From assembly GCA_001643675.2 (NCBI GenBank), contig LSRY02000045.1, positions 434,001-498,000 of the forward strand: DNA of 64,000 nucleotides. Direction: 5' to 3'. Origin of the DNA: Monocercomonoides exilis PA203. Taxonomy: Eukaryota; Protista; Preaxostyla. Positions 48,242 through 61,416 of this stretch are shown here, one piece after another. Both the position numbers and the translations under genes were made by a program. Positions within the stretch are counted from its first letter, which is position 1, and every line of letters begins with the position of its first letter. The notes under the pieces are model-generated. The model saw only the letters and a list, made by a program, of their open reading frames with translations. It was not told the DNA's origin and searched no databases.

Positions 48242-48733
48242 TATTATGATTATTTTTAATTTCATCATTGATTATTATTGTTGTTGAAATTAGGATTTTT
48301 GCAAGAGTGCTCAATGTCGACGAATGAACAAGGAATATGGAAAGAGTGCACATCTGGCGCCTTTAAGAAATCGGGAGATAATATTTGGAGGGGTGCATGG
48401 AAGAATGAGCAGCCGCAAAAATTGAAGCGAATAGAGGGAGGAGGCCTTTGATGCTTTTGGAAGGCGTATCTGGTGAATCATGTTAAAAGCAAAAAGAGAG
48501 AGCAGAAAAATAAATGAAATGACAAAAGAAGAAATTTGGCAAAAAATTGAGAAGAAGAAGATATTTTTTTTGGAAGTTCGATTGAAAAAGATGATTTTAT
48601 TGAAAACGAAAGAAGAAGAGAAATAAAAAGAATTTTAAGTGAATGTTTTGAGGTATATTTGAAGAAGGACTGAAAGAAGGAAATGAATGGGAAATATGAC
48701 TTGAGGAAAAAAGGAAGATGATGATAAAGATTT

Positions 48734-50305
48734 TTGGTGAGTGGGTTGGATTTCTCATCTTTTTGTGTGTCTTCAGCCCCGTTTCTGGCGCCTCCCCTGA
48801 CACACCTTGTGACACTCACCCGACTGACCTTCTTCAACATCTCCACAAATCCACCAAAAATATCACATCTTGCTGAAGGGCTGGGTCAAAGAGCATTTCT
48901 GATGAGTGGGTGCTCATTTTCATCAGTGTGGGATGTGTATGATGGGGGTATTGTCCCCTCGCTCAACAGCCCTTCATCTTCCTTGGCTGCCTCGAACACC
49001 TCATTTGCCAGGTGCTATCGATCACAGAATGTTGCAGTCAATGGGAGTGAGGGGAATCCATCGAAACCAGGGAGACAGCAAATAGCAGACAATGGGGCGA
49101 ATTCGTTCACTTGGTGTGTGTGGAATGGGTCAAAAACCACTGGGACAAGTAATTCTTATACAGATGGAATATCGAGTGGAGGTGCGATTAACATGTATAA
49201 TCTGGGATCTGGAACGCTTTCAGTGAAATTTTGTTCTTTTAATGACTGTACCGCATACAGTCGAGGAGGAGGAATAATGTGCTATTTAATCAATTCAGTC
49301 AAGATTGAGAACAACTCATTCAATGCATGTACTGCTCAAAGTCATTATGGAGGAGGGTTATATGCTTGTTCGATTTCAACATGCGTTGTTATAAGTGGCT
49401 GCGAATTCCAGAAATGCACTGCGAAAAATGACGGAGGAGGCCTTTATCTCGAATCTTTTCAGGTTTCTGGATCTTCCTGCATTGGAGCAGAAAGTGGGAA
49501 AGGAGAGAGCGCTTGTGTGTTTGAGTGCTCATTCACTTTGTGCTCTCTTACAGGTTCACATGGCGGAGGGATGTATTGTTATGGCGTTCCGGTTGCATTC
49601 AAAATGAGGAGTGTCCAATTTATTTCGTGCTCAGCAGTGTCATATGGCGGCGGATTGCGCTTTAATCCAAACCAACAAATAGCTCCTAGCAACAACCTTT
49701 ATTGCTATTTCTTCTTCTTCCACGATTGCAGATGCAGTAATTCCACTCCATATGGCCACGATGTGTATTTTTATGATGGAAACAATCTCTTCTCATCAAA
49801 CAATCCGTTCTACGAATCGTATACAACGAATAGTGATGAGAAGAGAGTGTGCTATTGGAATGGAGCATATCAGCACACAGAAAAGAAGGATTGGCTGAAG
49901 GAGGGGATGAAAGATCGGTATGTTGGGGTGAGTGGGAATGACACGAGCAATCTGTGTGGGATGAGTGAGGCAGCGCCTTGCAAGACCGTGGGGCATGCAG
50001 TGGGGTCGAGCATGGCACAGCTGAGCTCGACAATCACAGTGCTGGGTGGGAGGCATGTGAGCGAAGGGACAACAATCAGTGTTGGGGAAAAGAAGATAAT
50101 GATAATTGAGGAAAATGAGAAAAAGAAGATGGAGATGCAAATGAAAGGCAAATATTTTCAGGTATTATTATTTTTGGGAAATTTTGCTGAGAAGAGAATA
50201 AAGAACAAATCAGCCAACTTTTTTCCTTCAACCCAAATAAGCAGTTCGATTTGCCAACGTCACTTCTTTTTTAAAAAAAAAACAAATGGAACTTTCTCAA
50301 CTTAA
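48734..50305 (+). pseudogene. Beta-helix family copy 8; linker-less and 3'-truncated like copy 2
   Basis: Same 5' junction and same IIE.NEKKKMEMQMK tail as copy 2, but different variable loops. Confidence 0.65.
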
Positions 50306-50768
50306 TATTTTGCATCGCATAAAAACACAGAGGATCTTCGTCGACTGCTCTTTTAAAAAAAAAAAAAATATTGATTCATTTCATTTTTCCCCAGCATTAT
50401 CGCCAAGAGAGAATAACAAAGAGAGGAGGAGGCAGAGAAAACATGTGACGAGCTTTGGCAGATGCCCTTCAATGGTCTGGACAACGAACCTCGGCGTTTT
50501 GCCATCGCTGAATTGTCTGTTATCTGGGGGCAGCTGTTTAGCGTATCCCGCTGCTATTTATTTTATTTTTTTCACTTTATTGGTGTGCTGCTTGCTTCGC
50601 ATTCTGCTTTGTTCTGCAGAAACAGAAAAGTGAATCATTTGCTGGTTTTTGTTTTTATTTAACTAGTTTTTATTAAAACGAATTTGAGATAACTTGCATT
50701 TATCTCATGTGTCAATCGACTTTTGGTAATACATTTTTATTTTCAACTATTTCTATTTTATAAAAAAT

Positions 50769-50776
50769 ATAAATAA

Positions 50777-50807
<31 letters not shown>

Positions 50808-50808
50808 A
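50769..50808 (+). repeat. (TAAA)n microsatellite (mirrored at ~52978-53018)
   Basis: Direct inspection; lies at the point where the copy-8 trailer stops matching the copy-2 trailer. Confidence 0.8.
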
Positions 50809-52979
50809 CATTTATCACTCGCTGGCCTTGTTTTGTTCTTGGTGCAACGCACTCTTCACATATTTTTATGAAATGTCTGTTGCACAACAAACACAGGAAA
50901 ATTGTTAAAAATTTTGATAATTAGTTTTCTCCAAAATTCTTCAACAAAGCGTGTGTGCCAAATGTTCTGATTATTGCAAGAAATGTCAAGCCCAAGCGAT
51001 TTTTATTTTCCATTGAATCGAGGACACACTTTTATGATCATTTAATACAAGATTTATCTGATCATTACAACAAACCCATTAAACATGTGTTACAGATAAA
51101 CAATTTTTTGTCACGTCCGTCAGTAATTGAAAATCCATGTCAGTACTGGTTTTTTTTTTAAAAAATATTCATTTTGACTGATTTTCAGAATTTTCTTCAT
51201 ATAAATCAATTTTTATTAATTAATTCATTTTATTTTATTCTTCAAACTTCACTTTGTTTCATAAATAAAATTAAAATTTCTTCCCTGCCAGATACCGACT
51301 CCATTTACAGTCACTGACGGTCCGATGATCAAAAATTCCAAATTTGACTTTTTGTCAATATCCTTTTTAAAAAACGTATTTTTATCCTTCGCTTATTTGA
51401 ATTAATATTTAATAACATTTTAATTTAAAATTATTGTCTTCATAATTGAGGTTCTGACATGAAAATTATCTCGCAGTCCGTCAGGAAACCAATTTTGTCT
51501 GTCAATTGTCACAAAGAAACACATGTTAAAAACCCATATTCCACAAAATGATTCCAGTTTCATAACAGTTGATAATTTCGGGGAAAAAAGATTGATGAGA
51601 ATTCTGAAAAATTAGAGTTCGAATAGCATTTGGTTTTCTTTCGTTCAGCCCGCCTTTAGGTCAAGATATTTTTTTTAACAAAATAAAATTTTCTGATGCA
51701 CACCGAATGTTCAACAATAATGAATGAATCAATTTGCAACTTCCTATATATTGGTGGTTATTTTTGAAAACATGTCTCATTTTTTTTGAAAAATTCCTTT
51801 TGTAAAATTTTCAAATATAGAAAAATTTTCATATTTAAATCAAAGTTCTGTTTTCACTGACCAGATTTCATGAGAATGAATATAGTATCATCATCAAGAA
51901 TTTGTTTCCATCACAGATAAATCTGGTCAGTGAAAACAGAACTTTGATTTAAATATGAAAATTTTTCTATATTTGAAAATTTTACAAAAGGAATTTTTCA
52001 AAAAAAATGAGACATGTTTTCAAAAATAACCACCAATATATAGGAAGTTGCAAATTGATTCATTCATTATTGTTGAACATTCGGTGTGCATCAGAAAATT
52101 TTATTTTGTTAAAAAAAATATCTTGACCTAAAGGCGGGCTGAACGAAAGAAAACCAAATGCTATTCGAACTCTAATTTTTCAGAATTCTCATCAATCTTT
52201 TTTCCCCGAAATTATCAACTGTTATGAAACTGGAATCATTTTGTGGAATATGGGTTTTTAACATGTGTTTCTTTGTGACAATTGACAGACAAAATTGGTT
52301 TCCTGACGGACTGCGAGATAATTTTCATGTCAGAACCTCAATTATGAAGACAATAATTTTAAATTAAAATGTTATTAAATATTAATTCAAATAAGCGAAG
52401 GATAAAAATACGTTTTTTAAAAAGGATATTGACAAAAAGTCAAATTTGGAATTTTTGATCATCGGACCGTCAGTGACTGTAAATGGAGTCGGTATCTGGC
52501 AGGGAAGAAATTTTAATTTTATTTATGAAACAAAGTGAAGTTTGAAGAATAAAATAAAATGAATTAATTAATAAAAATTGATTTATATGAAGAAAATTCT
52601 GAAAATCAGTCAAAATGAATATTTTTTAAAAAAAAAACCAGTACTGACATGGATTTTCAATTACTGACGGACGTGACAAAAAATTGTTTATCTGTAACAC
52701 ATGTTTAATGGGTTTGTTGTAATGATCAGATAAATCTTGTATTAAATGATCATAAAAGTGTGTCCTCGATTCAATGGAAAATAAAAATCGCTTGGGCTTG
52801 ACATTTCTTGCAATAATCAGAACATTTGGCACACACGCTTTGTTGAAGAATTTTGGAGAAAACTAATTATCAAAATTTTTAACAATTTTCCTGTGTTTGT
52901 TGTGCAACAGACATTTCATAAAAATATGTGAAGAGTGCGTTGCACCAAGAACAAAACAAGGCCAGCGAGTGATAAATGT

Positions 52980-53010
<31 letters not shown>

Positions 53011-53512
53011 TTATTTATATTTTTTATAAAATAGAAATAGTTGAAAATAAAAATGTATTACCAAAAGTCGATTGACACATGAGATAAATGCAAGTTATCT
53101 CAAATTCGTTTTAATAAAAACTAGTTAAATAAAAACAAAAACCAGCAAATGATTCACTTTTCTGTTTCTGCAGAACAAAGCAGAATGCGAAGCAAGCAGC
53201 ACACCAATAAAGTGAAAAAAATAAAATAAATAGCAGCGGGATACGCTAAACAGCTGCCCCCAGATAACAGACAATTCAGCGATGGCAAAACGCCGAGGTT
53301 CGTTGTCCAGACCATTGAAGGGCATCTGCCAAAGCTCGTCACATGTTTTCTCTGCCTCCTCCTCTCTTTGTTATTCTCTCTTGGCGATAATGCTGGGGAA
53401 AAATGAAATGAATCAATATTTTTTTTTTTTTTAAAAGAGCAGTCGACGAAGATCCTCTGTGTTTTTATGCGATGCAAAATATTAAGTTGAGAAAGTTCCA
53501 TTTGTTTTTTTT

Positions 53513-55054
53513 TTAAAAAAGAAGTGACGTTGGCAAATCGAACTGCTTATTTGGGTTGAAGGAAAAAAAGTTGGCTGATTTGTTCTTTATTCTCTTCTCA
53601 GCAAAATTTCCCAAAAATAATAATACCTGAAAATATTTGCCTTTCATTTGCATCTCCATCTTCTTTTTCTCATTTTCCTCAATTATCATTATCTTCTTTT
53701 CCCCAACACTGATTGTTGTCCCTTCGCTCACATGCCTCCCACCCAGCACTGTGATTGTCGAGCTCAGCTGTGCCATGCTCGACCCCACTGCATGCCCCAC
53801 GGTCTTGCAAGGCGCTGCCTCACTCATCCCACACAGATTGCTCGTGTCATTCCCACTCACCCCAACATACCGATCTTTCATCCCCTCCTTCAGCCAATCC
53901 TTCTTTTCTGTGTGCTGATATGCTCCATTCCAATAGCACACTCTCTTCTCATCACTATTCGTTGTATACGATTCGTAGAACGGATTGTTTGATGAGAAGA
54001 GATTGTTTCCATCATAAAAATACACATCGTGGCCATATGGAGTGGAATTACTGCATCTGCAATCGTGGAAGAAGAAGAAATAGCAATAAAGGTTGTTGCT
54101 AGGAGCTATTTGTTGGTTTGGATTAAAGCGCAATCCGCCGCCATATGACACTGCTGAGCACGAAATAAATTGGACACTCCTCATTTTGAATGCAACCGGA
54201 ACGCCATAACAATACATCCCTCCGCCATGTGAACCTGTAAGAGAGCACAAAGTGAATGAGCACTCAAACACACAAGCGCTCTCTCCTTTCCCACTTTCTG
54301 CTCCAATGCAGGAAGATCCAGAAACCTGAAAAGATTCGAGATAAAGGCCTCCTCCGTCATTTTTCGCAGTGCATTTCTGGAATTCGCAGCCACTTATAAC
54401 AACGCATGTTGAAATCGAACAAGCATATAACCCTCCTCCATAATGACTTTGAGCAGTACATGCATTGAATGAGTTGTTCTCAATCTTGACTGAATTGATT
54501 AAATAGCACATTATTCCTCCTCCTCGACTGTATGCGGTACAGTCATTAAAAGAACAAAATTTCACTGAAAGCGTTCCAGATCCCAGATTATACATGTTAA
54601 TCGCACCTCCACTCGATATTCCATCTGTATAAGAATTACTTGTCCCAGTGGTTTTTGACCCATTCCACACACACCAAGTGAACGAATTCGCCCCATTGTC
54701 TGCTATTTGCTGTCTCCCTGGTTTCGATGGATTCCCCTCACTCCCATTGACTGCAACATTCTGTGATCGATAGCACCTGGCAAATGAGGTGTTCGAGGCA
54801 GCCAAGGAAGATGAAGGGCTGTTGAGCGAGGGGACAATACCCCCATCATACACATCCCACACTGATGAAAATGAGCACCCACTCATCAGAAATGCTCTTT
54901 GACCCAGCCCTTCAGCAAGATGTGATATTTTTGGTGGATTTGTGGAGATGTTGAAGAAGGTCAGTCGGGTGAGTGTCACAAGGTGTGTCAGGGGAGGCGC
55001 CAGAAACGGGGCTGAAGACACACAAAAAGATGAGAAATCCAACCCACTCACCAA
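53513..55054 (-). pseudogene. Beta-helix family copy 9 (mirror of copy 8)
   Basis: Identical translation until homopolymer differences in the tail. Confidence 0.65.
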
Positions 55055-58000
55055 AAATCTTTATCATCATCTTCCTTTTTTCCTCAAGTCATATTTCCCA
55101 TTCATTTCCTTCTTTCAGTCCTTCTTCAAATATACCTCAAAACATTCACTTAAAATTCTTTTTATTTCTCTTCTTCTTTCGTTTTCAATAAAATCATCTT
55201 TTTCAATCGAACTTCCAAAAAAAATATCTTCTTCTTCTCAATTTTTTGCCAAATTTCTTCTTTTGTCATTTCATTTATTTTTCTGCTCTCTCTTTTTGCT
55301 TTTAACATGATTCACCAGATACGCCTTCCAAAAGCATCAAAGGCCTCCTCCCTCTATTCGCTTCAATTTTTGCGGCTGCTCATTCTTCCATGCACCCCTC
55401 CAAATATTATCTCCCGATTTCTTAAAGGCGCCAGATGTGCACTCTTTCCATATTCCTTGTTCATTCGTCGACATTGAGCACTCTTGCAAAAATCCTAATT
55501 TCAACAACAATAATAATCAATGATGAAATTAAAAATAATCATAATAATAAGCAAACATATATCTTTTATGATGATCATTCTTCTCAAACTTTCTTCTCCT
55601 CCAAATATTTCTCCGTTTTGCCAACAAAACCCATCTGCCCTTTCTTCGCTTCCCTTCTGCTTCCTCAAAAAATATCAGCCAAAGCCCAACTTCTTGTTCT
55701 GCTTCCACTCAAATAACTCAGCCAGCTCCATTCTTTTAAAAAAACTAGCAATGAAAAATATTTCATCCAAAGACTCATTCCTATCCCTTGTCGCTGTATC
55801 GATTTCTTCTTCTTTCCATTTCTCCAAAAACAACATCAACACCCCTCCGCCACACATCCTCCATCTCTTCCACTTCATTCCCCAACATCCTTTTCCCAAT
55901 CAAAAATATAAATACCTCCAATATTTTGCCTCTCTTTGGTGCAAAACACCCCCTCATGGTCAGCCCTTCACCTCGCTCCATCCTTGTCGCGAATCCATCC
56001 CCACACCCCCAATGCAAAGTGTTGCGCCTGACATTCCTTCTTCCCGTCTTCCTTCACCTCAGCTTCCATCCCTTGCCCCGAAAATGAGAGGCGCGTCCAA
56101 ACTGTTCACAAAATAAATTATATAAAAATATGAAAAATTTTTCTTTCATTTTTCTTCTTCTTCAACCCCACTTCCCTCTCTTATCAAACGAACATCCACA
56201 AATGCTCTTCCTCTTGCTCCACCTCGTTCGCCTCCTCCCTCTCTCTGCATTTGAAAATAAAAAAATACATCTCTTTTCCATTTCTTCTCCATATCTCTCC
56301 AACTCTTGTCCTCCCTTCCAATAAATATATTCCATTCACTCCACTCATCTTCGGCCCTTCTTGTTTTCCCTCTTATCTCACCTCCTCCACATCAAATTCC
56401 TTTTCTCCAACAATAAACACGGTCTAAACACCTTCCCAATGACAAAAATCGAAAAAATAACCCCTCCCAACCTCATCCCAATCCGTCTCCCACCCATCCA
56501 TTTTGCCTCTCAAATCTCGCAAAAACACCTCTTTCCAACAAAAAATATCATTTTGTCGTTTCTTTCCCCTCCAAAACCCTGCCTCCTCCAAAAACTCAAC
56601 TCCATCGCTCCACGCCATAAATCCATCCTGTTGTAATCGCGTTGTCTTCATATGCCCATTCAATCACAATGCATCAAGTTGTGCTCTTTTTCTTTTGTGG
56701 CTCCAATTCGTTATGGAAAATGATCAAGCAGTGGCAAATGCTCAAGAAATATCTACAGAATGAAAATTTCATGTGACCAAAAATGCAGCTAGGCTAAATG
56801 AAATATTTCTAGTGATGAAAAAGCAGCAGCAATAACAACTCTTTTTTTATTGATGGAAGATGAAATTGTTCATATTGATTGTTGGATGGCTGTGGAGCGA
56901 CAATATTTTCGATGTGAATGTGAAATTTTTAATGTGTGTATTTTTTATTGTTCTGTTGATTGTGAAGATATTTCCATCCGTATCCTCTCCAAAGTCGTGA
57001 TTCAGACAAATTATATAAAATGGACGATTTATTCTTTGCAGAATGGGAAAAGCAAGTCAGACATTTCCTTACAAGCATGTTAGAGCCTGAATGTATTTTA
57101 TCATAAGTATTTATGCAACTTTTTTTGGACAACATGCGCGATGGATAGAAATTCGATGAAGAATGAATTTTGATGGAGCAGAAATCATCGGGATTGGAAG
57201 ATGCCAAAGCTAAAAAGGAAGAACAGCCAATCTCTATGAAAAGGGAACGTTTTTTAATGAGGGTGGGATATTTTCAGAAAAATTTTGTTGGGGTGATTGG
57301 GGCAAATAACTGAAACAGGAGATTGAAATCAGTTGCCTCAGAGCAAGGCGCCTTTCTTGGGGAGGGAATGGAAAGGCATTGCTTTTATGGACCGAGGAGA
57401 GGGGTAGAATGGCACTTGATTGCTTGGGTTGAGAGCCAAAAATGCGAGAAAATCAGGCAGTTTGGCGTGATGCAAGCAGATGATGGAAATGATAGGCAAA
57501 ATGGATTTAATTTATTTGGCCTTTGTCTCTAGCATTGTGTCATCGAAGGATTTGCAGCTGGAGCAGAGAACGAGGTTTTTTTTTGAAGCTATCTTCGACA
57601 GAAAATATCCGACGATTAAACTCGACATAACATCGTCTTCATTGTCTTCTTCGACTTTTTCGTCTCTTCTCCCCCTTCTTCTTCAGCCTCATTGTTTTCA
57701 TCGCCAACATCACCATCATGTTTCCATATACACCTCCAAATGATATAAAGTTATATGTATTTTCCCCTCATTTTTGATTATCACCTTCATCACCTTCTTC
57801 TTCATCCTCTTCACTTTCTTTATCTGCTTTTCCCTCTTCGACTTTTTCGGCTTAGCCTTCTTCTTCTTCTTCGACTTTTTCGTCATGTTTTTCTTTCCAC
57901 GACCTAAGCACATGAAATAATTTTATTTCCTTCTTTATCATTGTCTTCATCACCTTCATCACCTTCCTTTTCTTCCTTTTCTTCTTCGCCTCCACCACCT

Positions 58001-58844
58001 TCTGCAAGTGTTTCTTCTTCATCGAAATAAACTAATTTTTATTTTTCTTTGTCATTTTCATCAATTTCATATTCATCAATTTCATCTTCTTCTTATATTT
58101 CTGCGACTTCTTCTGCGACTTCTTCTTCGAATTCTTTTTTGTTAATGTTGTTGTCAGATATTCATTTTGCATGTATTTTTAGCGCAGACAGGGCAGTGTC
58201 GTTTTCTGTTTCCGAAGGCAAAGGCGGGGCAGCCACTCAGAGACAGCCGCTGATGTTCCTATTTCAATCTTTATCAATTAATTTCAGCCAGCCTGCCACA
58301 AATGTTGTGATTGCGATTATTCGCTCTGCATCAGATCAACTCACCGAAAAATAGATTTTTACCCGTCGACATCGCACAATTCGTTTTCAAGTTCTTTTTT
58401 GAAAGGTTTGGGTTCATTTCACAATTCTCCATAATCTTTCCCTCTTCCTCATCTTCCCCATCTTCTCCCTCTTCGCCCACTTCATCACTTTCTTCACCCA
58501 CTTCATCACCTTCATCATCTTCTTCACCTTCATCATCTTCTTCTATTTTTCAGCTTCTTCTATTATGCTGTCGACATTGTCTTCTGGATTGCCACTCAAC
58601 AGCCATGCTCTTCAGCATTCTGGTGCAAGTTCGTCTTTAATGCTGTCGATGCAGAGTGCGTTCCAGAGCAACATGAGCACCCTGGTTTGTGCTGGCTGCA
58701 GCATTTGGTGTGTGTTGGGGCGATGCCACCAGGATTTGGATGCCTTGCCAGCTGGGGACTTGTCTCTGCTGCTCCTCAGCATCGCAAGGTGTGCTTTCAT
58801 TCCTCCACTCTTTTATTTCCTTCGATGGTTGTGGTTGAGCCATT

Positions 58845-58910
58845 TGTGTGTGTGCTGCTTGTCTGTCTGTCTGTATGTCTGTCTGTTTGTGTGTGTGTGT
58901 GTGTGTGTGT
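58845..58910 (+). repeat. (GT)n / (GTCT)n microsatellite
   Basis: Direct inspection. Confidence 0.8.
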
Positions 58911-59699
58911 ATACAAGCACAGGCACTTTGGATGAGCCGATCCAGCTGAACGCATCTTTGTCGGAATCTTCTTTTGCAGTTTGCAGTTTGCAGTTTGGCT
59001 TGAGGGTGAAGGGCGAACGGTGAAGGGTGAAAGGCTTGGGAGCATGCAATTGGCTGTTTGGGATCATGTTGAATGCCCTGCCGATTTGGCGCCAAGCAGA
59101 ATGGTCAGAAAATGCTTTGTGACAATTTTCATGGCTGATGGCATTTTCTTTTGGCGTTGCTTTCTGTTGCATCTGGGGAGCCACTTTAAAGGAGAATGTT
59201 CGGCACGCGGGAGTTGGGGCATTTGTGTGAGGTTTTGAAGGCAATATTTTTTTTTCGATGTTTTTTTTTTCATTTTTATATTTTATTGTTTTTATGTTTA
59301 GAGCATGCGGACAGGAAGGATAAGGGGGAGGCAAAGAAAGAGGGAAGAAAAGGAAGAATTGCTCGACAGTTGAGGCAGTATGAGGAGAGGATGTTATTTA
59401 TCATCATTTTCTTCTCGATATCGGTCTTTGCTGCCTTCTTCGCCTTGGTTGCCACGAGGGGTTTTCTCCTCTGGTGCGATTTGTTCGAGTGTTATTGGAG
59501 AGGAACAGGCGATGGACTCCTGCAGGGGATGGCAATTGGGTGTGGCGAGTGGGGGCCGCAAAAGGGCTGAAGGGCACTTTGATTCGATTTTTTTATTTTT
59601 TGGGGGGGCATTTTGTTGGGGGTTTGCACTCTGAAGTTGGGGAAGTGTGTTTTTTGCGGCTTTGGTGGGGAAGAGATTGGAGATTGCTTTTGCTGAGTG

Positions 59700-59701
<2 letters not shown>

Positions 59702-59735
<34 letters not shown>
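59702..59735 (+). repeat. (TTA)n microsatellite
   Basis: Direct inspection. Confidence 0.8.
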
Positions 59736-59736
<1 letters not shown>

Positions 59737-61416
59737 TAATCTTCTATTTTCTATTTTCTATTTTTTATTATTGGAGGTGAGGTTTGTGGAAGTGAATGAT
59801 TGGAGCATGCCTCTTGATATTTGTTTGTGTATATAATTATATACGCATTTATTAATTTTCTCTTTAATTTTCTTGTTTATTAATTTATTTATTTGGCTGA
59901 TGATTTATATGTTGATTTGCATGTTTGTTTGTTTGCTTGGTGGGCATTCTGCAAGAAATGGGAGGAGGAAACAGGAGGCGGAAATGGGGGTTGTGGTGGT
60001 TGCAAGCTTTTTGAGCGCTGGGCAGGGGCAAGAAAGGGATGGAGGTGAAGAGGGAACGCTGAATGAGCAATGGAGAAGGAGGGAAAGCAGAAGGGGATTC
60101 CCAGGAAAATGATGAAGATGCGCCGACAGATGCTGCGAGGCGTTGCCGCGGCAGGAAGAGGAGCGAAGAGGGAAAAGGAGGAATGGGTCATGTGAGAGAG
60201 CGATGGAAAGGAGGAGCTTTGGAAGGATGGCAGCAAAGGAATGGAGGAGCTGCGAAGCACTCGGACTTAATCCCGAAGAGACAAAACAGGCGATGCCACC
60301 ACGTTCGTTGATGCGTTTATCATCATCGCCATCGTATTTTTCCTTTTTTTTTCTTCTTCGTTTTCTTCTTCTTCTTCTTCTTCTTTGGTTTGTTTTCAAA
60401 AAATTCAGCTGCAGCAGACGCCGTACAGCCATTGAGCCATAACAAAGAAGATAAGAACGATGATTCTGCACTTTTCGATCAGGAGCAGGAAAACGTAGAA
60501 ATGCACTCGTTATCTGTTTTTTTTTTCCAGCAGAAAAATTATGTTCAAGCCTCTGCAGCTGCGGTTGAAGTTTAGCCAAATTGCGAGCAAACGGAACGAA
60601 AGGACTTTTTATTTGATGAAGCTTTGGGAGAAGAAGGGCGAAAAAGGGGGAGTGCATTGATGGTTTTGGATGGGTCGAAGAAGAGATGGAATGTTTTTGA
60701 ATTTGGAGAGAGGAAATATGGCATGGAATGGGGATGTGAATTCGAAAGAATGGGATGAAGAGATGAAGAGATGAGGAGATGAGGAGATGAATCAAGAGAA
60801 AAGGAATATAAAGAGGAGATGGATGAAAGGGAAGGGGTTTTAGATGAAAATTTTGGAGAAATGAATTTTATCAGGATAAAATTCAAAATTTTGGGGAAAG
60901 TTTGAAAAAGAAGATGAGGACATCCCCCAGAATATTTATTAAAAGGATAATCTTTGAGAATGGAGATAATAGCACACTTTGTTTTTGTTGGAGACGATAG
61001 AAGCAATGAGGAGGACAATGAATGCAGCGATTCTTTGACCAAAGAAGTAGAGATTGACGAGCAATAAAGGCATAAATCTTATTTTCTTTTTGTGTGTGCG
61101 TGTTTTTATTTGGCAGAGTTTTTCCTTTGATTTTATTATTATTATTATTATTTCACTTGCTTAGACAAAAGTGTTTTTGCAGGCATTTTCCAAAAGTAGC
61201 GAAGAAAAGCAGAATAACATCAGACGATAGAAAGTGAAGGACAATGAGCGGATTCAACCTGGGAAAGAGCTTTATAGGATCATAGTTATAAAAAGGCATT
61301 GACAGCGAAGGTCTGTTATATTTTTTTTATGAGATTCATTACATATGCAGCAGAAAGAGACAAGAAAAGGGTTGAAGAATAATTTGAGTTACTGAGGAAT
61401 ATTCGATTGAGAGGGA

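Larger units (their letters stand above)
44745..58050. repeat. Giant palindrome P4: near-identical core 48242-51868 / 51919-55545, 50-bp loop; mosaic outer arms
   Basis: Coordinate sum ~103788 for inner ORFs (48734/55054, 50955/52832) and ~102780 for outer ones (46879/55899, 45309/57480); the offset equals the 1008-bp insertion plus 2 bp. Confidence 0.95.

Noticed and set aside
10308-58050. All palindromes as pure amplification or read fold-back artefacts
   Set aside because: Not excluded without reads, but disfavoured: one-arm insertion with an empty site, clustered arm differences, degenerate tips and a shared element family at two apices.
58050-61400. Possible genes in the GC-richer unique stretch between P4 and copy 10
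   Set aside because: Frames are interrupted and I could not build a credible spliced model or recognise a domain; likely degenerate coding sequence.
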